Source of the DNA: Octopus bimaculoides
Lineage: Eukaryota
DNA: 38,462 nt
Assembly (NCBI RefSeq): GCF_001194135.2
Contig: NC_068984.1
Span: 101,065,099-101,103,560 of the forward strand
Direction of reading: 5' to 3'
The notes beneath the pieces were generated by a model. It did not search any database and was not told the origin of the DNA. It saw only the letters and a list, made by a program, of their open reading frames with translations. A program made the position numbers and the translations under genes. Positions 22,813-35,786 of the stretch are shown piece after piece; position 1 is the first letter of the stretch, and each line of letters opens with the position of its first letter.

Positions 22813-24390
22813 CCTGCTTGTGTGTGGGGGTGTACGTGAGGGACGTTTATGAATCAGATAGACTCAGCTTCAGAGAGCAATTAATTAGACAACAGAGATT
22901 GGTAGCTTGGGGAATAAACAGTCGATAGTTCTTCTCTCTCTTTCTCTCTTTCTCTCTCTCTCACTCTCTCTCTCTCACTCACTCACTCTCTCTCTCTCAC
23001 TTTCTTACTCTTCCTTTCTATCTATCTCGCTCTCATTTCTTTCTGTTTCTTTACTGTTCACTTTTACCGTTAAATATCTGTCTCTCTGTTTGCTTGTCAG
23101 TGTGTGTATAGGTCTGTCAGTCTGTCTGTCTGTCTGTCTCTATCTCTGTTTCCAATCTTTCATACACACATACTCTATGTATACATACAAGCGAATATAT
23201 GTGTGCGCGCGAACACGTGTTTTAAATTCAAGCTGCTATTAGTTTCATGCTACGAAAACACGATGGTCGGACAAGCTTTTATTGCATGGCATGTGTTTAC
23301 AAGTAATATTTAAGACCCAAATATACAGCATGGCTTGTCTTTGAGAAAAAAGAAAAACGAGAAACAGCGAGAGGAAGGTAAAAGAAAAAAGTAGAATGAA
23401 AAAAAATAAAAAATAAAAATACATACATGCAGATAGTAACTTCGAAATTCCGGTATATTAACCGCCACTATAAAGTAAATACAAAGTGTAGTGTACAGTA
23501 TACGTAAGTATATAAACTGTATGTAAGGTGTTATTTCCCAAGCGATACAAATTCTTTTTTGATGGAGAAGGGCAGGTTTTCTAAGGAGTAAAGTCGAGGA
23601 TTCGGCAAGAAAGGTGTGATGGAAAAGAGTTTTAAGGGAAAAAGGAAAAGTTTGAGGATAAAACGAGAGTAAGGGTAGAGAAGGAGAAGAAGAAAACAAG
23701 CGTTTGTAGGATGAAAGTAGGGAGGTAAGTATGGCGAAAACATTCTCTGATTATTACAGTAAAAGCGGCGTTAAAAATGGCTTCATGGCAATTACAAGTT
23801 GGTTATAATTGGTGTGAGAAACTAATATTTGTTAGATGTTATTGTTCGGTTTCATTCGAGCATGCTTATAAAAACAGGTGCTGAGAGTTAGATTCGTATA
23901 GGATTAGAGGAACAGATAGATCCATAGACTTCTCGCATTAAGTGGCTGGCGCTGAAAGATTTGTTAAATCTAGTCAGAATTTCTTCTTGAACTGTTATAT
24001 TTATTGTAAGGTGTTTGTTGTTGGTATTACACTTTTGTTAAAGTTCATTCAAGCATGTATCTAGATAGATATAGGTGCCAGCGGTTAGATTAGTATTAGA
24101 ACATAAGTCGAGGATAGGTCAGAGACTGATCCAATTTTCCTTCATCCTCTCCTCTAATATGTCTGTCACTTATTTTTCCATACACCCAATATATGAAAAG
24201 TATATATAAAGGTTGGAAAACTTAAGTAACGAGCACAATGTGAAGACGGCTGGTAAGTCACTGTTGAAGTTTTCCTTGTAAGAGTATAATAAATGTAGTG
24301 CTCGAAAGTATTGAATTATCCATCAATTTAATGTTTGACACTTTTATATACGACTATATATAGAAAGAAATACACACACATATATACATA

Positions 24391-26082
24391 TATTAGGTTA
24401 GCAACTAAGTTCCCGCCATCTTTTGAAATTTAATTTTTTTTAAAGGTTTAAATAAAAAATAACAACTAATTAATCAATAATGTATTCACCCTTGTTGTTT
24501 ACAACTTCTTCCCAATGTTCAACAAGATTTTCAATACCTCGTTGGTAGAAATCACCCGATTTCGACTCGGAAAATTGATCCAACCAAGCTTTCAATTCTG
24601 CATCAGTATTGAACGAAACTCTACGCATAGCATTTGAAAGAGATCGAAAGAGGTGGAAATCCGTTGGTGCCAAATCAGGAGAGTACGGCGGGTGTGGCAG
24701 CACTTCCCAGCCATGCGTTTGAAAGGCTTCTTTGGTCATATTGGCGATATGAAGGCAGGCGGTGTCGTGCAGCAGAAGAACTCCATGCTGACGATTAGGT
24801 CTTTTCTCTTGAATAGCCGTGTTGAGTCGTTCCATCTGTTCAACATAGAGTTCCGCATTGACCGTGTAGTTCCGTTCAAGCAATTCGTAATAAATAATCT
24901 CTTCCCAGTCCCACCATACATACAACATCGTTTTACTCGGATGAAGATCTTGTTTCACGCGCGGTGTTGCTTGTTTACCGGGACTAAGTCATTCCTTACG
25001 CTGCTTCATATTGATGTACAGGCACCATTTTTCGTCGCCAGTAACGATTCGGTAAAGAAATCGTTGCTTGTGTCCATGAGTTGAGCAGTGACGAGCAAGC
25101 AAACCAGCGGAGATTGTGGCTCGTTTACCTTTGCTATTGTCACTTAAAGTATGCGGAGCCCATGCCCCATACTTCTGAACCTTTCCCATCGAGTGAANNN
25201 NNNNNNNNNNNNNNNNNNNNNNNNNNNNNNNNNNNNNNNNNNNNNNNNNNNNNNNNNNNNNNNNNNNNNNNNNNNNNNNNNNNNNNNNNNNNNNNNNNNN
25301 NNNNNNNNNNNNNNNNNNNNNNNNNNNNNNNNNNNNNNNNNNNNNNNNNNNNNNNNNNNNNNNNNNNNNNNNNNNNNNNNNNNNNNNNNNNNNNNNNNNN
25401 NNNNNNNNNNNNNNNNNNNNNNNNNNNNNNNNNNNNNNNNNNNNNNNNNNNNNNNNNNNNNNNNNNNNNNNNNNNNNNNNNNNNNNNNNNNNNNNNNNNN
25501 NNNNNNNNNNNNNNNNNNNNNNNNNNNNNNNNNNNNNNNNNNNNNNNNNNNNNNNNNNNNNNNNNNNNNNNNNNNNNNNNNNNNNNNNNNNNNNNNNNNN
25601 NNNNNNNNNNNNNNNNNNNNNNNNNNNNNNNNNNNNNNNNNNNNNNNNNNNNNNNNNNNNNNNNNNNNNNNNNNNNNNNNNNNNNNNNNNNNNNNNNNNN
25701 NNNNNNNNNNNNNNNNNNNNNNNNNNNNNNNNNNNNNNNNNNNNNNNNNNNNNNNNNNNNNNNNNNNNNNNNNNNNNNNNNNNNNNNNNNNNNNNNNNNN
25801 NNNNNNNNNNNNNNNNNNNNNNNNNNNNNNNNNNNNNNNNNNNNNNNNNNNNNNNNNNNNNAGGAGGTGTCGAAAATGCTCGTTTTTCTTAACTTGACAT
25901 TCCATTTTAATGATCTGAAAATAAACAAAGATTAACTAAAATTAACTAGAAAAAAAAACAAAATAGATTCCAAAATAATTCAAAAATAGAATTCTCGAAA
26001 GAAATAGATTCCAAAATTTAAATACGCAATAAATTCCAAGATTTAAAAAAAAAACGGCGAGGACTTAGTTGCCAACCCAATG
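24391..26082 (-). mobile_element. Mariner transposon (DD34D), both TIRs present, 5' part of the ORF inside an N gap
   Basis: TIRs tattaggttagcaactaagttcccgcc and ggcgaggacttagttgccaacccaatg, each flanked by TA. Confidence 0.95.
24470..25197 (-). pseudogene. Mariner transposase pseudogene
   Basis: WAPHTL, IVTGDEKW, VWWD, LLHDTA and YSPDLAPTDFHLF, with 34 residues between the 2nd and 3rd Asp. An in-frame TGA at 24989-24991 and a one-base frameshift near 24960. Confidence 0.93.
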
Positions 26083-26624
26083 TATATATCTAAACATTCT
26101 TCAATGCTAGTCAACAAGTCTCAGTTCCTTAGGAAAGATGCATATGTGTGTGTGTGTGTGTATGTATGTATATATATGTGTGTGTGTGTGTGCGTGTGTG
26201 TGTGCGTATGTGTGTGTGTATGTTTATATATTTACATTCATATTTTTATGTATAAAAGGAAAAACTCGGTCATTTCACTACAGTTGTCAAATGGAAAGCA
26301 CATTAGTTGTATGTCAAGGCTACTACTGCATAAGGCTTCATCTGAAGATTTTTTAATAACAAGAAAATACACAACTTATATTTGAAAAACTGCATATTTT
26401 ATTTTATTACTTTTATAAAACATGAAAATGTTTGCAATATTGTAATTAAGTACAACTGTGAAAACACAAAAATAATGTGAAATTCGAACTGTTTGAATTT
26501 GACTGACTAACATATGTATGTATATACACATGCATATGTGTATGCATGTTTATATGTGTTTATGTGCACATATACACACACATACATACACACACACACA
26601 TAGATACATACATACTTACATACA

Positions 26625-26655
<31 letters not shown>

Positions 26656-27283
26656 CATACAAAACATCCTGTTGTTAATATTGAAATTTCAATGAAGGAG
26701 CCTTGGATCTAGGTTAGAAACCGATTCTTTCTCTCTATTGGCAAGAAATCTTGAAATAAAACTGAACAATGATATACATACATACATACATACATACATA
26801 CATAAATGAATACATACATACATACATATGTAAATATGTGTGTATGTATGTATGTATGTTGGTCCTCGGTTTAAATGGTTTCCCTTTATGACGTTTTGCA
26901 TTATGTCGGATTTTTTTTTCCCATTACGTAAACAGAGGCACAAAATCGTCTTTCCTCTTCGGTTTTTCATTTACATCTATTTTACTTCTGTTGCAATTCT
27001 TTATTATTTAGTTTGACCGCACTCAAACATAAAAGTTAGAATAGTTTCACATATATTTTGCTTTTAATATTTTCAAATGTCAAGAAAATCCTTCCTCTGT
27101 AGAAATGATAATTGATATACTAAATCATTTCCAAAATGGAAAAGCGTTCTGCAGGAACTTCGAAACGGTGTACGAAGCTACTGCTCCGAGAATTAAAAAA
27201 AAATATATATGATTAATAAATCAGAGCCAGTATAATTATTGGACATTTAAAAAGTTTGCTAAACACCCCATGCAAGCATGTGC

Positions 27284-27320
<37 letters not shown>

Positions 27321-27324
<4 letters not shown>

Positions 27325-27380
27325 CCTGCGTCCGTGTGTCAGTGTGTGTGCGTGCCTGCGTCCGTGTGTCAGTGTGTGTG
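27321..27380. repeat. 30-bp direct duplication inside a TG-rich tract
   Basis: cgtgcctgcgtccgtgtgtcagtgtgtgtg x2. Confidence 0.9.
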
Positions 27381-28034
27381 AGTGTATGTGCGTGCGTGCG
27401 TGCGTGTGTGTCGGATAAACAGCATGTCAAGATCTTCGTAAAATCACATTTTTGTAAGCCGCTCACTTCTAATGATGGGCCTTCTCTTCCTGAAATATGT
27501 AAATGTTTCCCTTTTCGCAATTTTAGAAGTCCTCCGTCTTCATTATTTGCTGTTTTACACACAGACACAGACACACACGCACATACACACACGCACGCAC
27601 GCATGCAAACACATGCACACGTACACGCATATAATATATATACATACATATACATATATCGAGAGAGAGAGAGGGGGGGGCGAGGGAGGAATAGAACAAG
27701 ACAAAAAATAAAATACAAAATACAACAAAAAATAGGGTAAGTTCGCAATCAATGTTATTAGCTTAGCGCTTGTAGCAAGGAAAAAATTTAATAGTAATAA
27801 CGTTTCGGATATATTTCTTCTTCGCATAGTGGAAAAAATAGGAGGAAAAAACAGGAGCAACTGCAAAATGGCGGGAGAAATAAAAGGCAATCCCAGCAAG
27901 AGAATTCACGCAGAAGAGAAGCCACGTAGTTGTATATGCTTGGCCACTGACTAACTTGAAGTAAAGAGTATGGTAAATAAAGCATTTTGCAGGATAGTTA
28001 CCGGGAGATTATCCCCCTGCATGCTGGTGAGCGT

Positions 28035-28147
<113 letters not shown>

Positions 28148-28508
28148 CCCACATATACACGCATACATACACACATACATACACACGCACACACTGCGTT
28201 GGAGTGACAGAAAAGTAGTTTTTGTATGCTGTTTCTTTATTTGACATGTGCTCTGTGTGTGTGTGTGCATGTGAGTGCATGTGCGTCCATGTGTGTGTAT
28301 GTTTGTGTTTGTGCGTGTGCGCGCACGGGTGCGTTCGTGTGTGTGTGTGTGTGTGTGTGTGTTTGTGTACGCGCTGTGCGAGTGAGAGATGTTCGAAGAA
28401 GGTGAGCGGTGAATTGAGACCGAAGTGGGTGGATTGAAAGAAAAAATATATAACGTTGCTCTCAGCGAAACCTAGAGTTTTCGGATTCATTCTGTAAATC
28501 CAAGTCAA

Positions 28509-28558
<50 letters not shown>
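28509..28558. repeat. (GATA)n microsatellite
   Basis: Direct inspection; a second (GACA)(GATA)n tract lies at about 28930-29013. Confidence 0.95.
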
Positions 28559-28805
28559 TGATAGATGAGTAAGTTAAAGAGTTTAGAAACAGAAAGAAAA
28601 GTAGAGGCAGAATATACCTGTACTGCGGTGGGGAAGGAATCTTCTAGAAACAGAAGAGTTTTAAAAAGTAATTACAATGGCTCTGCATAAGTACTCAGAA
28701 GCAGATTGATTAGAACAGAAAAGCAACATGAAAAGATATTTTTTTAACTTCCCCTCTCTCTCTCTCTCTTTCCCCTCTCTCTCTCCCTCTCTCTCTCTCT
28801 TTCTT

Positions 28806-28843
<38 letters not shown>

Positions 28844-28941
28844 TGTCTATAAGGAAACAATAAACTACAAACTAGAAGCTAATTACACTTGAGAAAAAAC
28901 CTTTAGAAAACGGCTACAACAACAATAATAGACAGACAGAC

Positions 28942-29015
<74 letters not shown>

Positions 29016-29344
29016 GTAAATAGAACAGAAAATGGTAGAGAAAGAAATGTATATAAAAATCAAAGCAGAACTAAAAGCAATTATGAAACAAAATGGGGGA
29101 AAGAACCTGGTCCAGTCAATATCCTGCGAGTCTGGAAAGACTCTCCGTCAGTCTCGACGATGAGTATTTAATTGTTCAACCACGAGTATTCCTACTCGAG
29201 AAATTAATGTATAAATGATTTAGTATTCCACGGATATGTGTAGCATTAACCTAAATCTCAGGCTGAATTAACGGGAGACAATTTGAATTACTGGAACAAT
29301 AAATAAAAAAGGGAAAGAAATAGAAGAGAATCGATTTTAGTATT

Positions 29345-29490
29345 TTACTGATTCTGGTATTTTATTGATCTCGAAAGGTTAAATGGCATTGTTAATGTCG
29401 GCAAGATTTGAACGCAGAATACAGACAGTCGAACCGAACCATGTACGACGAGACATTCAAACCGACTTTCTAATGATTTTTCTAATTCCC
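29345..29490 (-). mobile_element. Decayed SINE family B copy
   Basis: ggtattttattgatctcgaaaggttaaatggc..gttaatgtcggcaagatttgaacgcagaa parallels 19530-19600. Confidence 0.55.
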
Positions 29491-29619
29491 AACCTCCTTT
29501 CTGCGATACTAGACAGACAAGATGTGTAAAAATAAGGAAGTCAAGAATGGCTCAAAAAATTTGGACTAAATGTAACTACGGATTGTTACATTTTAAATAC
29601 ACACCATCAATGTATTTTG

Positions 29620-30400
29620 ATGATATGTACTTACACTTTCCAGTCATTAATACTATTCAGAAGTCCGAGTCTTAGCTTTCCACTATGTTCTAGGGTCTCC
29701 CATTTCACCTTCTTTGTGGAAAACAACAGATTGCAACTTCATGATAATTATCATTGCATTTATGATGCGGCATCGTTGTTTAAGTGCACTTCTGGGAATA
29801 CTCAAAATCGGTTTCTGTCTCCACGAATATTCGGCAATGACTTGCATACTGTCAGAATGAGGTCATTGACTTCCAAGCCTTATTATTGGTCGTACACTCT
29901 TCTTCTTTAATTTAGCAAACGTCTAGTTACGATATCTCGCCTGACCTTACTACTTTGGCATCGGTCCAGTCCGATCTATCTTTTCTACATCTTTCCTATC
30001 ACCTCTTCCATTTTCAGGTTTAAAACTCCAGCACCTTAATCAGTTTTTACTTACACTTAATTTATTTTCAGCGAACACTATTGACTGGCTCGCACAAACA
30101 ATAGTGTCTACAGAATTTCGATGCTTCACGTGGCTGCAGGCTATTGCTACGATAAATTCCTCAACCAGTGATGTTAAAGGAAACTGCAATTTTACAATAA
30201 CCATAGAAACCTGTTATCTTGAAGCAAGTTGAGAGACCAACTCTACTTTGTAGCAACTTGCTAGCATATTTTTCCTTTCTTTCCACTCTTCTTAATGACA
30301 TTTCATCGATTTAAACTTCCCTGTCAAACCACAACTGTCAACAGTAGTTAGTCTCAATCTCCACATAATATCACTCTCAACACCGTACTTGGTGTCACTG
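29620..30400 (-). mobile_element. Possible very old RTE-type LINE fragment
   Basis: Minus-strand pieces in the expected order: LWFDREV..., MEEVIGKM..., SGEIS.LDVC.IKEE...AWKS, VVFHKEGEMGDP. They loosely resemble the RTE linker and RT N-terminus. Many stops. Confidence 0.35.
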
Positions 30401-30629
30401 AAGAGGTACTCAGTAGATACAGCAAAAGTTTTTAATGATTTACTCCCTAATTGTTGATACTCGCTCCGTTTCCAATTTCGAAGTGCAATTCCTTGTACTG
30501 CCCCCGTAATTATTAACTTACTTCAACATTTCTCGGTTTTGTCTGGGAATCGGCATTTCTGGTGTCGTTCATCTAACTGGATTAAATTTTTTGCTTTGGC
30601 TTTGTTTCCACAATGATGATAAACCTTCA

Positions 30630-30907
30630 GAGTCCGAGAAAGACGGTTGTGCAATTTCTTGCTGAACAACATGCACAAGTGATTTGTTCATAATGATCAA
30701 ATATATCTACCGTACCCAAGGTCATACCCTCCATCAAATCGACGTTGTTTGGACAGGTACACAGTGTACCACGTGTCAAGTTTAGAAGAGATCGCAGAGT
30801 AACATGAGATGAAATGTTTTGCTCTAGAAGACAACAACACTCTACCCGGTCCAGGAATTAAAACCACAATCTCGCCATCGTGATCGCAACACCCTAACTA
30901 CAAGGCC
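30630..30907 (-). mobile_element. tRNA-derived SINE family D
   Basis: The reverse complement starts ggccttgtagttagggtgttgcgatcacgatgg...gtggttttaattcctggaccggg, an A/B-box-like head. Confidence 0.65.
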
Positions 30908-31974
30908 TTCACTGTTTCTACCATACCATCCATATAAACCTGAAGTAATAGCAGTGATATAGTCATCTTCCGATATTCATTCTATGCGAGTCACTTCTTA
31001 CATCTCCCTTGCATATATAAAAGAGTGACAAAATATTTCTACAGAGACAGCAACTACATACAAACTCTGTTTCATGAACTAACGAGTCATAATTTTATTT
31101 GGGGATTTTTTCATTGAAGACCGATTTCTTTATTTACATTCTGCGCTAACGTAAATGCAACACGTATAAAGAGATTTAATGTAGATAATTTTTCTATGTA
31201 ATATAGCTGGGTAGTCCTGAGGTACAGTTTTGAAGTCTTTTGCTAGTTTACGCTGAATTGATATAAGATTAATTTTAATTTATATTTTTAATTGTGTATA
31301 ACGGTGTGTGCTAAAGTTTATTAGCGAGAATTTTATTTAAGAACATTATCATTATTATCTTTTAAGTGTGTTTCTGTTTAATCGGGATCCTCTAGTATGA
31401 ATGTTATAATTAATATCTAAAAAATTTTTCTACGATATGAATTCTTTATTTATTTTGATGATTATTGCTCTAACGGGTTTTTTTTTTTTTAATTCTATAA
31501 CGTTCTCAATTGATCAGCAACTGAACTTTATAGTATACAATTTTTATGTTTGAGTTGATTTGCCGTTTGCTCGTTCCTTGCACATTTGGGATGGACAGTT
31601 GTGTGCAATCTAATACCTTTTCATCCTGTTTTGTATATTTTCATGGGTCAACTATGAAAATTGGATTTGAATGTTTTCTGTTTTTATTGGCTGTATATTA
31701 CTTAATAGCAATAATAATGGGACCCCGAGGAGATAGAGTATCCTATATTTTATAATATTTTATAATATGTATTAATCATTCTGGATGTTCCATCGAAATG
31801 TTCATAGGTCAATTTCATTATTATTATTATTATTATTATAAAGTATTTTCAATGGATCAGTTTTGAGCTCTATTTAAAGTTGATATATATATATACAAAA
31901 ACTCAACTGTGAGTATTTTTGGTGTAAATATATATATATATATAATTACTGAATTAATTGATTAATTAATTAAA

Positions 31975-32200
31975 AAAACGAAGAAAGCAAGACAAGAAAA
32001 ACAACAACGCGAGGACATAGCACATGCAAAGTATTAATAAGACGCTCAGAGAAGGAAAAGAGTGGTTGTTTTGCGTTTCGAGCATGGCTCTTCTTCGGAA
32101 ACATAGGAAAGTCCAAAAGAAAAGGAAGGAGGGGAAAATCGCCAACAGTCCACGTGTAGTTACATTGTTGAAATGACCAGAAGTAGATGGACAGAGAGAA
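31975..32200 (-). mobile_element. Short hammerhead-bearing element, related subfamily
   Basis: Downstream of the hammerhead, tctctgagcgtcttattaatac...gtcctcgcgttgttgtttttc parallels tcccgagcgttaaactaatac...gtcctcgtctgttgtttttt at 16485-16550. Confidence 0.65.
32067..32103 (-). ncRNA. Minimal type I hammerhead motif, mutated (U4C and U16.1C)
   Basis: The reverse complement reads UGUUU-CCGAAGA-A-GAGC-CAU-GCUC-GAAAC-GCA-AAACA. Stems I and II are perfect. Confidence 0.65.
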
Positions 32201-32229
32201 AGTGCTTTCTAGGCCAAGAGTGTGTGAAG

Positions 32230-32690
32230 AATGGTTGGTATCCGTGTACATGTGTGTGCGCGCGCGCGTGTGTATGATGGCATATGTGCGTGTGATAGCG
32301 TGTTTGTGTATAGTAGCGTGAGTATGTGTAACAGTAACTGCATGTGTACGTGCTGGTGTGTGTGTGTGTGTGTGGTATTGTGTCAATAGTCTGTGTGTGA
32401 GTTAATGTCGTTGTGAAAGATCAGCAGATATAGTTACAGATGTGTGTAAGGATTGGTGTGGCAGTGTGTGCATGTGTGTGTGTCTATGTGTGTGTGTGTG
32501 CGTTTGCACGTTTGCGTAGATGGGACAGTCAGTAGTGAGTCGATGCAAAATGAAGGGTCTCTGAGAGGCAGTCTGAAGGATGTGTAAATGGACGTGTGTG
32601 TGTATGGACGCGTGTGTACATGTATGTATAAACATATATAAGCGTGTGTATGAATGTATATACACACAAACACACACACACAAACATATA
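32230..32690. repeat. Degenerate (TG)n-rich tract
   Basis: Direct inspection. Confidence 0.85.
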
Positions 32691-32819
32691 TTGACAATAA
32701 TAGAAAGGAGCATTACTCCGAAGCAGCAATAGCATTATCTTTAATTCTATAATTATATACTGCCTTTTAAGACCAATACATGTTTCAATTGCACTTATTA
32801 GCCATCGTAGCAATTGCAA

Positions 32820-34878
32820 CTCTATCATAAAACGGAACAGTCTCTCCTCATGTGCAAGCATCTCAATGCTTGCTCTTGTCTAGAATTTATTACATTATCC
32901 TTGGATGTGAAAATCCTGTAAAATTCTTCTAAACATATTGGTTCTAGATCTATATGGTTTTGTAGTACAAATTAACTTCCATTTAATCGTATAGTCCTTG
33001 TTACTCTCCATGAAAGACCAGATTAATTTACTAAGACTCGTTTGGAACCTTTTATTTTTTTTTTCTTAAATGAACTCAAGTGATTTGCCAGTCTCCTCTT
33101 GAACATTAATGATGTCCCACCGATGTAAAGGAATTCCTTCCTCTTAGATGTAACTATACACCTATATATTACATTTCTAGTTTTACACTTATTTTTCATA
33201 TAACAGGATTCCCGCTTAGAACAATTGAAAAGATAGCCTTCTATATTTCCGTCAGATTTACTTTCAATTTGATCATTGGTTGTAGAATTAAATTCATTTC
33301 CACCAAGTTCTTTACTACTATTTACTTCTTTAGATAACGTTATTTTTGTTCTATTTCTAGTTGAACTTTCATTCGATTTGACGTTATTATTTATGTTAAA
33401 TTGGGTTGTTTCCCTTTCCACGTTCCTTTCTGTTTGAGTTTCTTTATTCCGTTTGATGTTATTATGCTTCGATTTTTTTCCATCTTAAAAGGAAAATAAT
33501 GATGGAGAGGAGACGCTTGCCATTTAGTACTTATAAGAAAAGATGGAAGAAGGCGGCAAGCATGTTGAGAGTGGATGTACCTGCTTAAGGGAGAAAATAA
33601 AAGTCTCTTAATGGGTTCAGTGGAGGAACGTGGTTTGTGGGGTCGCACCCGTCCCTCACTCCATCATCATCATCCAATCTTATATATCATTATAATTTTT
33701 TAATATTGTCATCTCATTCTTTAACTTTATGGTAAATTTTAAAAATCAGTTATTACGCTTCGTATTTATTACACTATTATGATTGTAATAGCTTTTTTGA
33801 AATTTGGATATTATTTTAATATCATGTGTTGCTATTATTTGTGCAGTATTACGACTAAGACAACCCAATCTGATTTTATGCCGATTAAAAATTTTCTAGC
33901 ATCTGTGGTTTCTTGGAAAATATTTTTGGATTGCTATTTTAAACAATTTGGAAAAATTGTAATTGATCTGTTTACCAAACGGAACAATGAACCATAAATT
34001 ATTCTTCGAGTTAAGATCATAATTTTGATGTTTATACCCGTTTTTTGAAGGAGTAAGTATTCTCTGATTTCGATCCATTCTATAGTTAGCGTTTATTTTT
34101 CTTTTATTATTGTTATCTTTGAATCTTTTAACCAATTTCATATTGAAAGAATTTGAAATTTTATTAGAGAATACTACATCCTCATTTCCATTAGCAGTAC
34201 GAGAATTTTTAACCCGGTTATCAACAATCTTACGATTCTTCCTTTTTCTATAAATATAATTGTTCATCTTTTTATTCTAATTATTAAAATCACCTACTCT
34301 TGTTATTTTATCAACTTGAATACTTGATTTTAGATGTCAATAACTACATTTGTTATAAGCAGATTTGTTTATACTACTATATTTTAGGTCTGCAATATCT
34401 GATTCGATATTTCATTTATTAAATTTAATTTTATCATTATACCCCGCTTTCCTAAGTGTCAAGATATAGAAGTCTTCATTAAGTTTGAAAATATTCTCAT
34501 TGGCTGACAATTTGCTTATTCTAGATGAAATGGTCTTTATAAGTCAATTTGTTATTGATCTGGAATGATTACTTCCAATATTTATATATTTTATGTTTTC
34601 ATTAAGTTTATAAATTCCATGTTTAATCTCCAACGTAACATTTAAGAAGTTAACAAAGTCATGTTCAACTACCATTATAGATAGGCTTATTTTTTAAAGA
34701 ATCTAAAAAAATTCCTTTCTATATGTTTCCAACATTCTACTAGATGTGTTTACAATTGTAAAAAGTGCATCATCCTTATATAAACCTCCTGCTATTTCAG
34801 GGAATTCTCTATTTAGAGAAAACAAAATATATATTACTACCAAATCAGCAACTTGTGCCGAATCTATAGCACCCATTG
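32820..34878 (-). mobile_element. Decayed, 5'-truncated Penelope-like element 2 (RT plus C-terminal GIY-YIG)
   Basis: MGAIDSAQVADLV...GLYKDD (RT); FVNFLNVTL...SNH...RISKLSANENIF...LRKAGY (thumb); LWFIVPF...KYFPRNH; NCSKRESCYMKNKC, VIY...YIGGT...FKRRLANHLSSF; IKWKL...INSRQE...RCLH. Confidence 0.92.
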
Positions 34879-34882
34879 CGCG

Positions 34883-34917
<35 letters not shown>

Positions 34918-35199
34918 GATTGAACGTCACGCATCCTCTTCCAAGTAACTTTTATCTTAATGATTCTGATGCGCACTCTATACCATCTTTTTACTCTTTC
35001 GTTTTTCTCTCTTTCCTCTCTCTTATTCTTTTACCTCGTCTTCTCCTACTATTCTATTTTATTACTTTGTCACTCTCTCTCTCTCTTACTCCTCTTCTCT
35101 TGCTTACGTTGCTCCCACGTGACCATCGGCCATCTTTCTTTCTCTCCGTTGTAGGTGGAACAAGGAAGACATGTTCTTGTTTGTCTCCTGTCCTAGCTT

Positions 35200-35530
35200 G
35201 ATTAACGCGTTCGCCACCACAACTTCGTTTAGGTTTAGCAGCCCTTCCTGTTTATTTTCACTCTCCTGTTTGTGTTATCTATTTTGACCCTCCGCAAAAT
35301 CCAAAATTTTATTTGATTTGCTTTGCGGGAGCAACTCTTTTATCGAAAGCGTATATTGTTGTTAAATGCTCGAAATACAAGACTAGAGAAACACCCAACA
35401 ACTGATGAAGGGTCGCTTTTTATGTTGTTTGTTTTGTTTTCCATTTGTGTCTTTCGTTCATGTTCCATGTACTCGTAACACGTATTTTTTTTGTTTTGTA
35501 CACGTTTCATGACGCCTTGTGAACACATAT
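35200..35530 (+). repeat. Probable unclassified interspersed repeat ending at (TA)n
   Basis: Non-coding block whose T-rich 3' part abuts a TA microsatellite, as in the hammerhead elements. It has an isolated CTGATGA at 35403. No second copy in the window. Confidence 0.3.
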
Positions 35531-35573
35531 GCATATATATACGTGTAGATGTAAGTATATACATATACGTATG

Positions 35574-35613
<40 letters not shown>

Positions 35614-35786
35614 NNNNNNNNNNNNNNNNNNNNNNNNNNNNNNNNNNNNNNNNNNNNNNNNNNNNNNNNNNNNNNNNNNNNNNNNNNNNNNNNNNNNNNN
35701 NNNNNNNNNNNNNNNNNNNNNNNNNNNNNNNNNNNNNNNNNNNNNNNNNNNNNNNNNNNNNNNNNNNNATTATTATTATTATTATT

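Noticed and set aside
27811-27950. Purine-rich stretch open in two frames after a pyrimidine tract and AG
   Set aside because: No recognisable peptide and a weak donor; compositional bias explains the openness.
35366-35416. GCTC-GAAAT...CTGATGA-AGGG as a permuted (type II) hammerhead
   Set aside because: Stem II could pair, but stems I and III cannot be formed.
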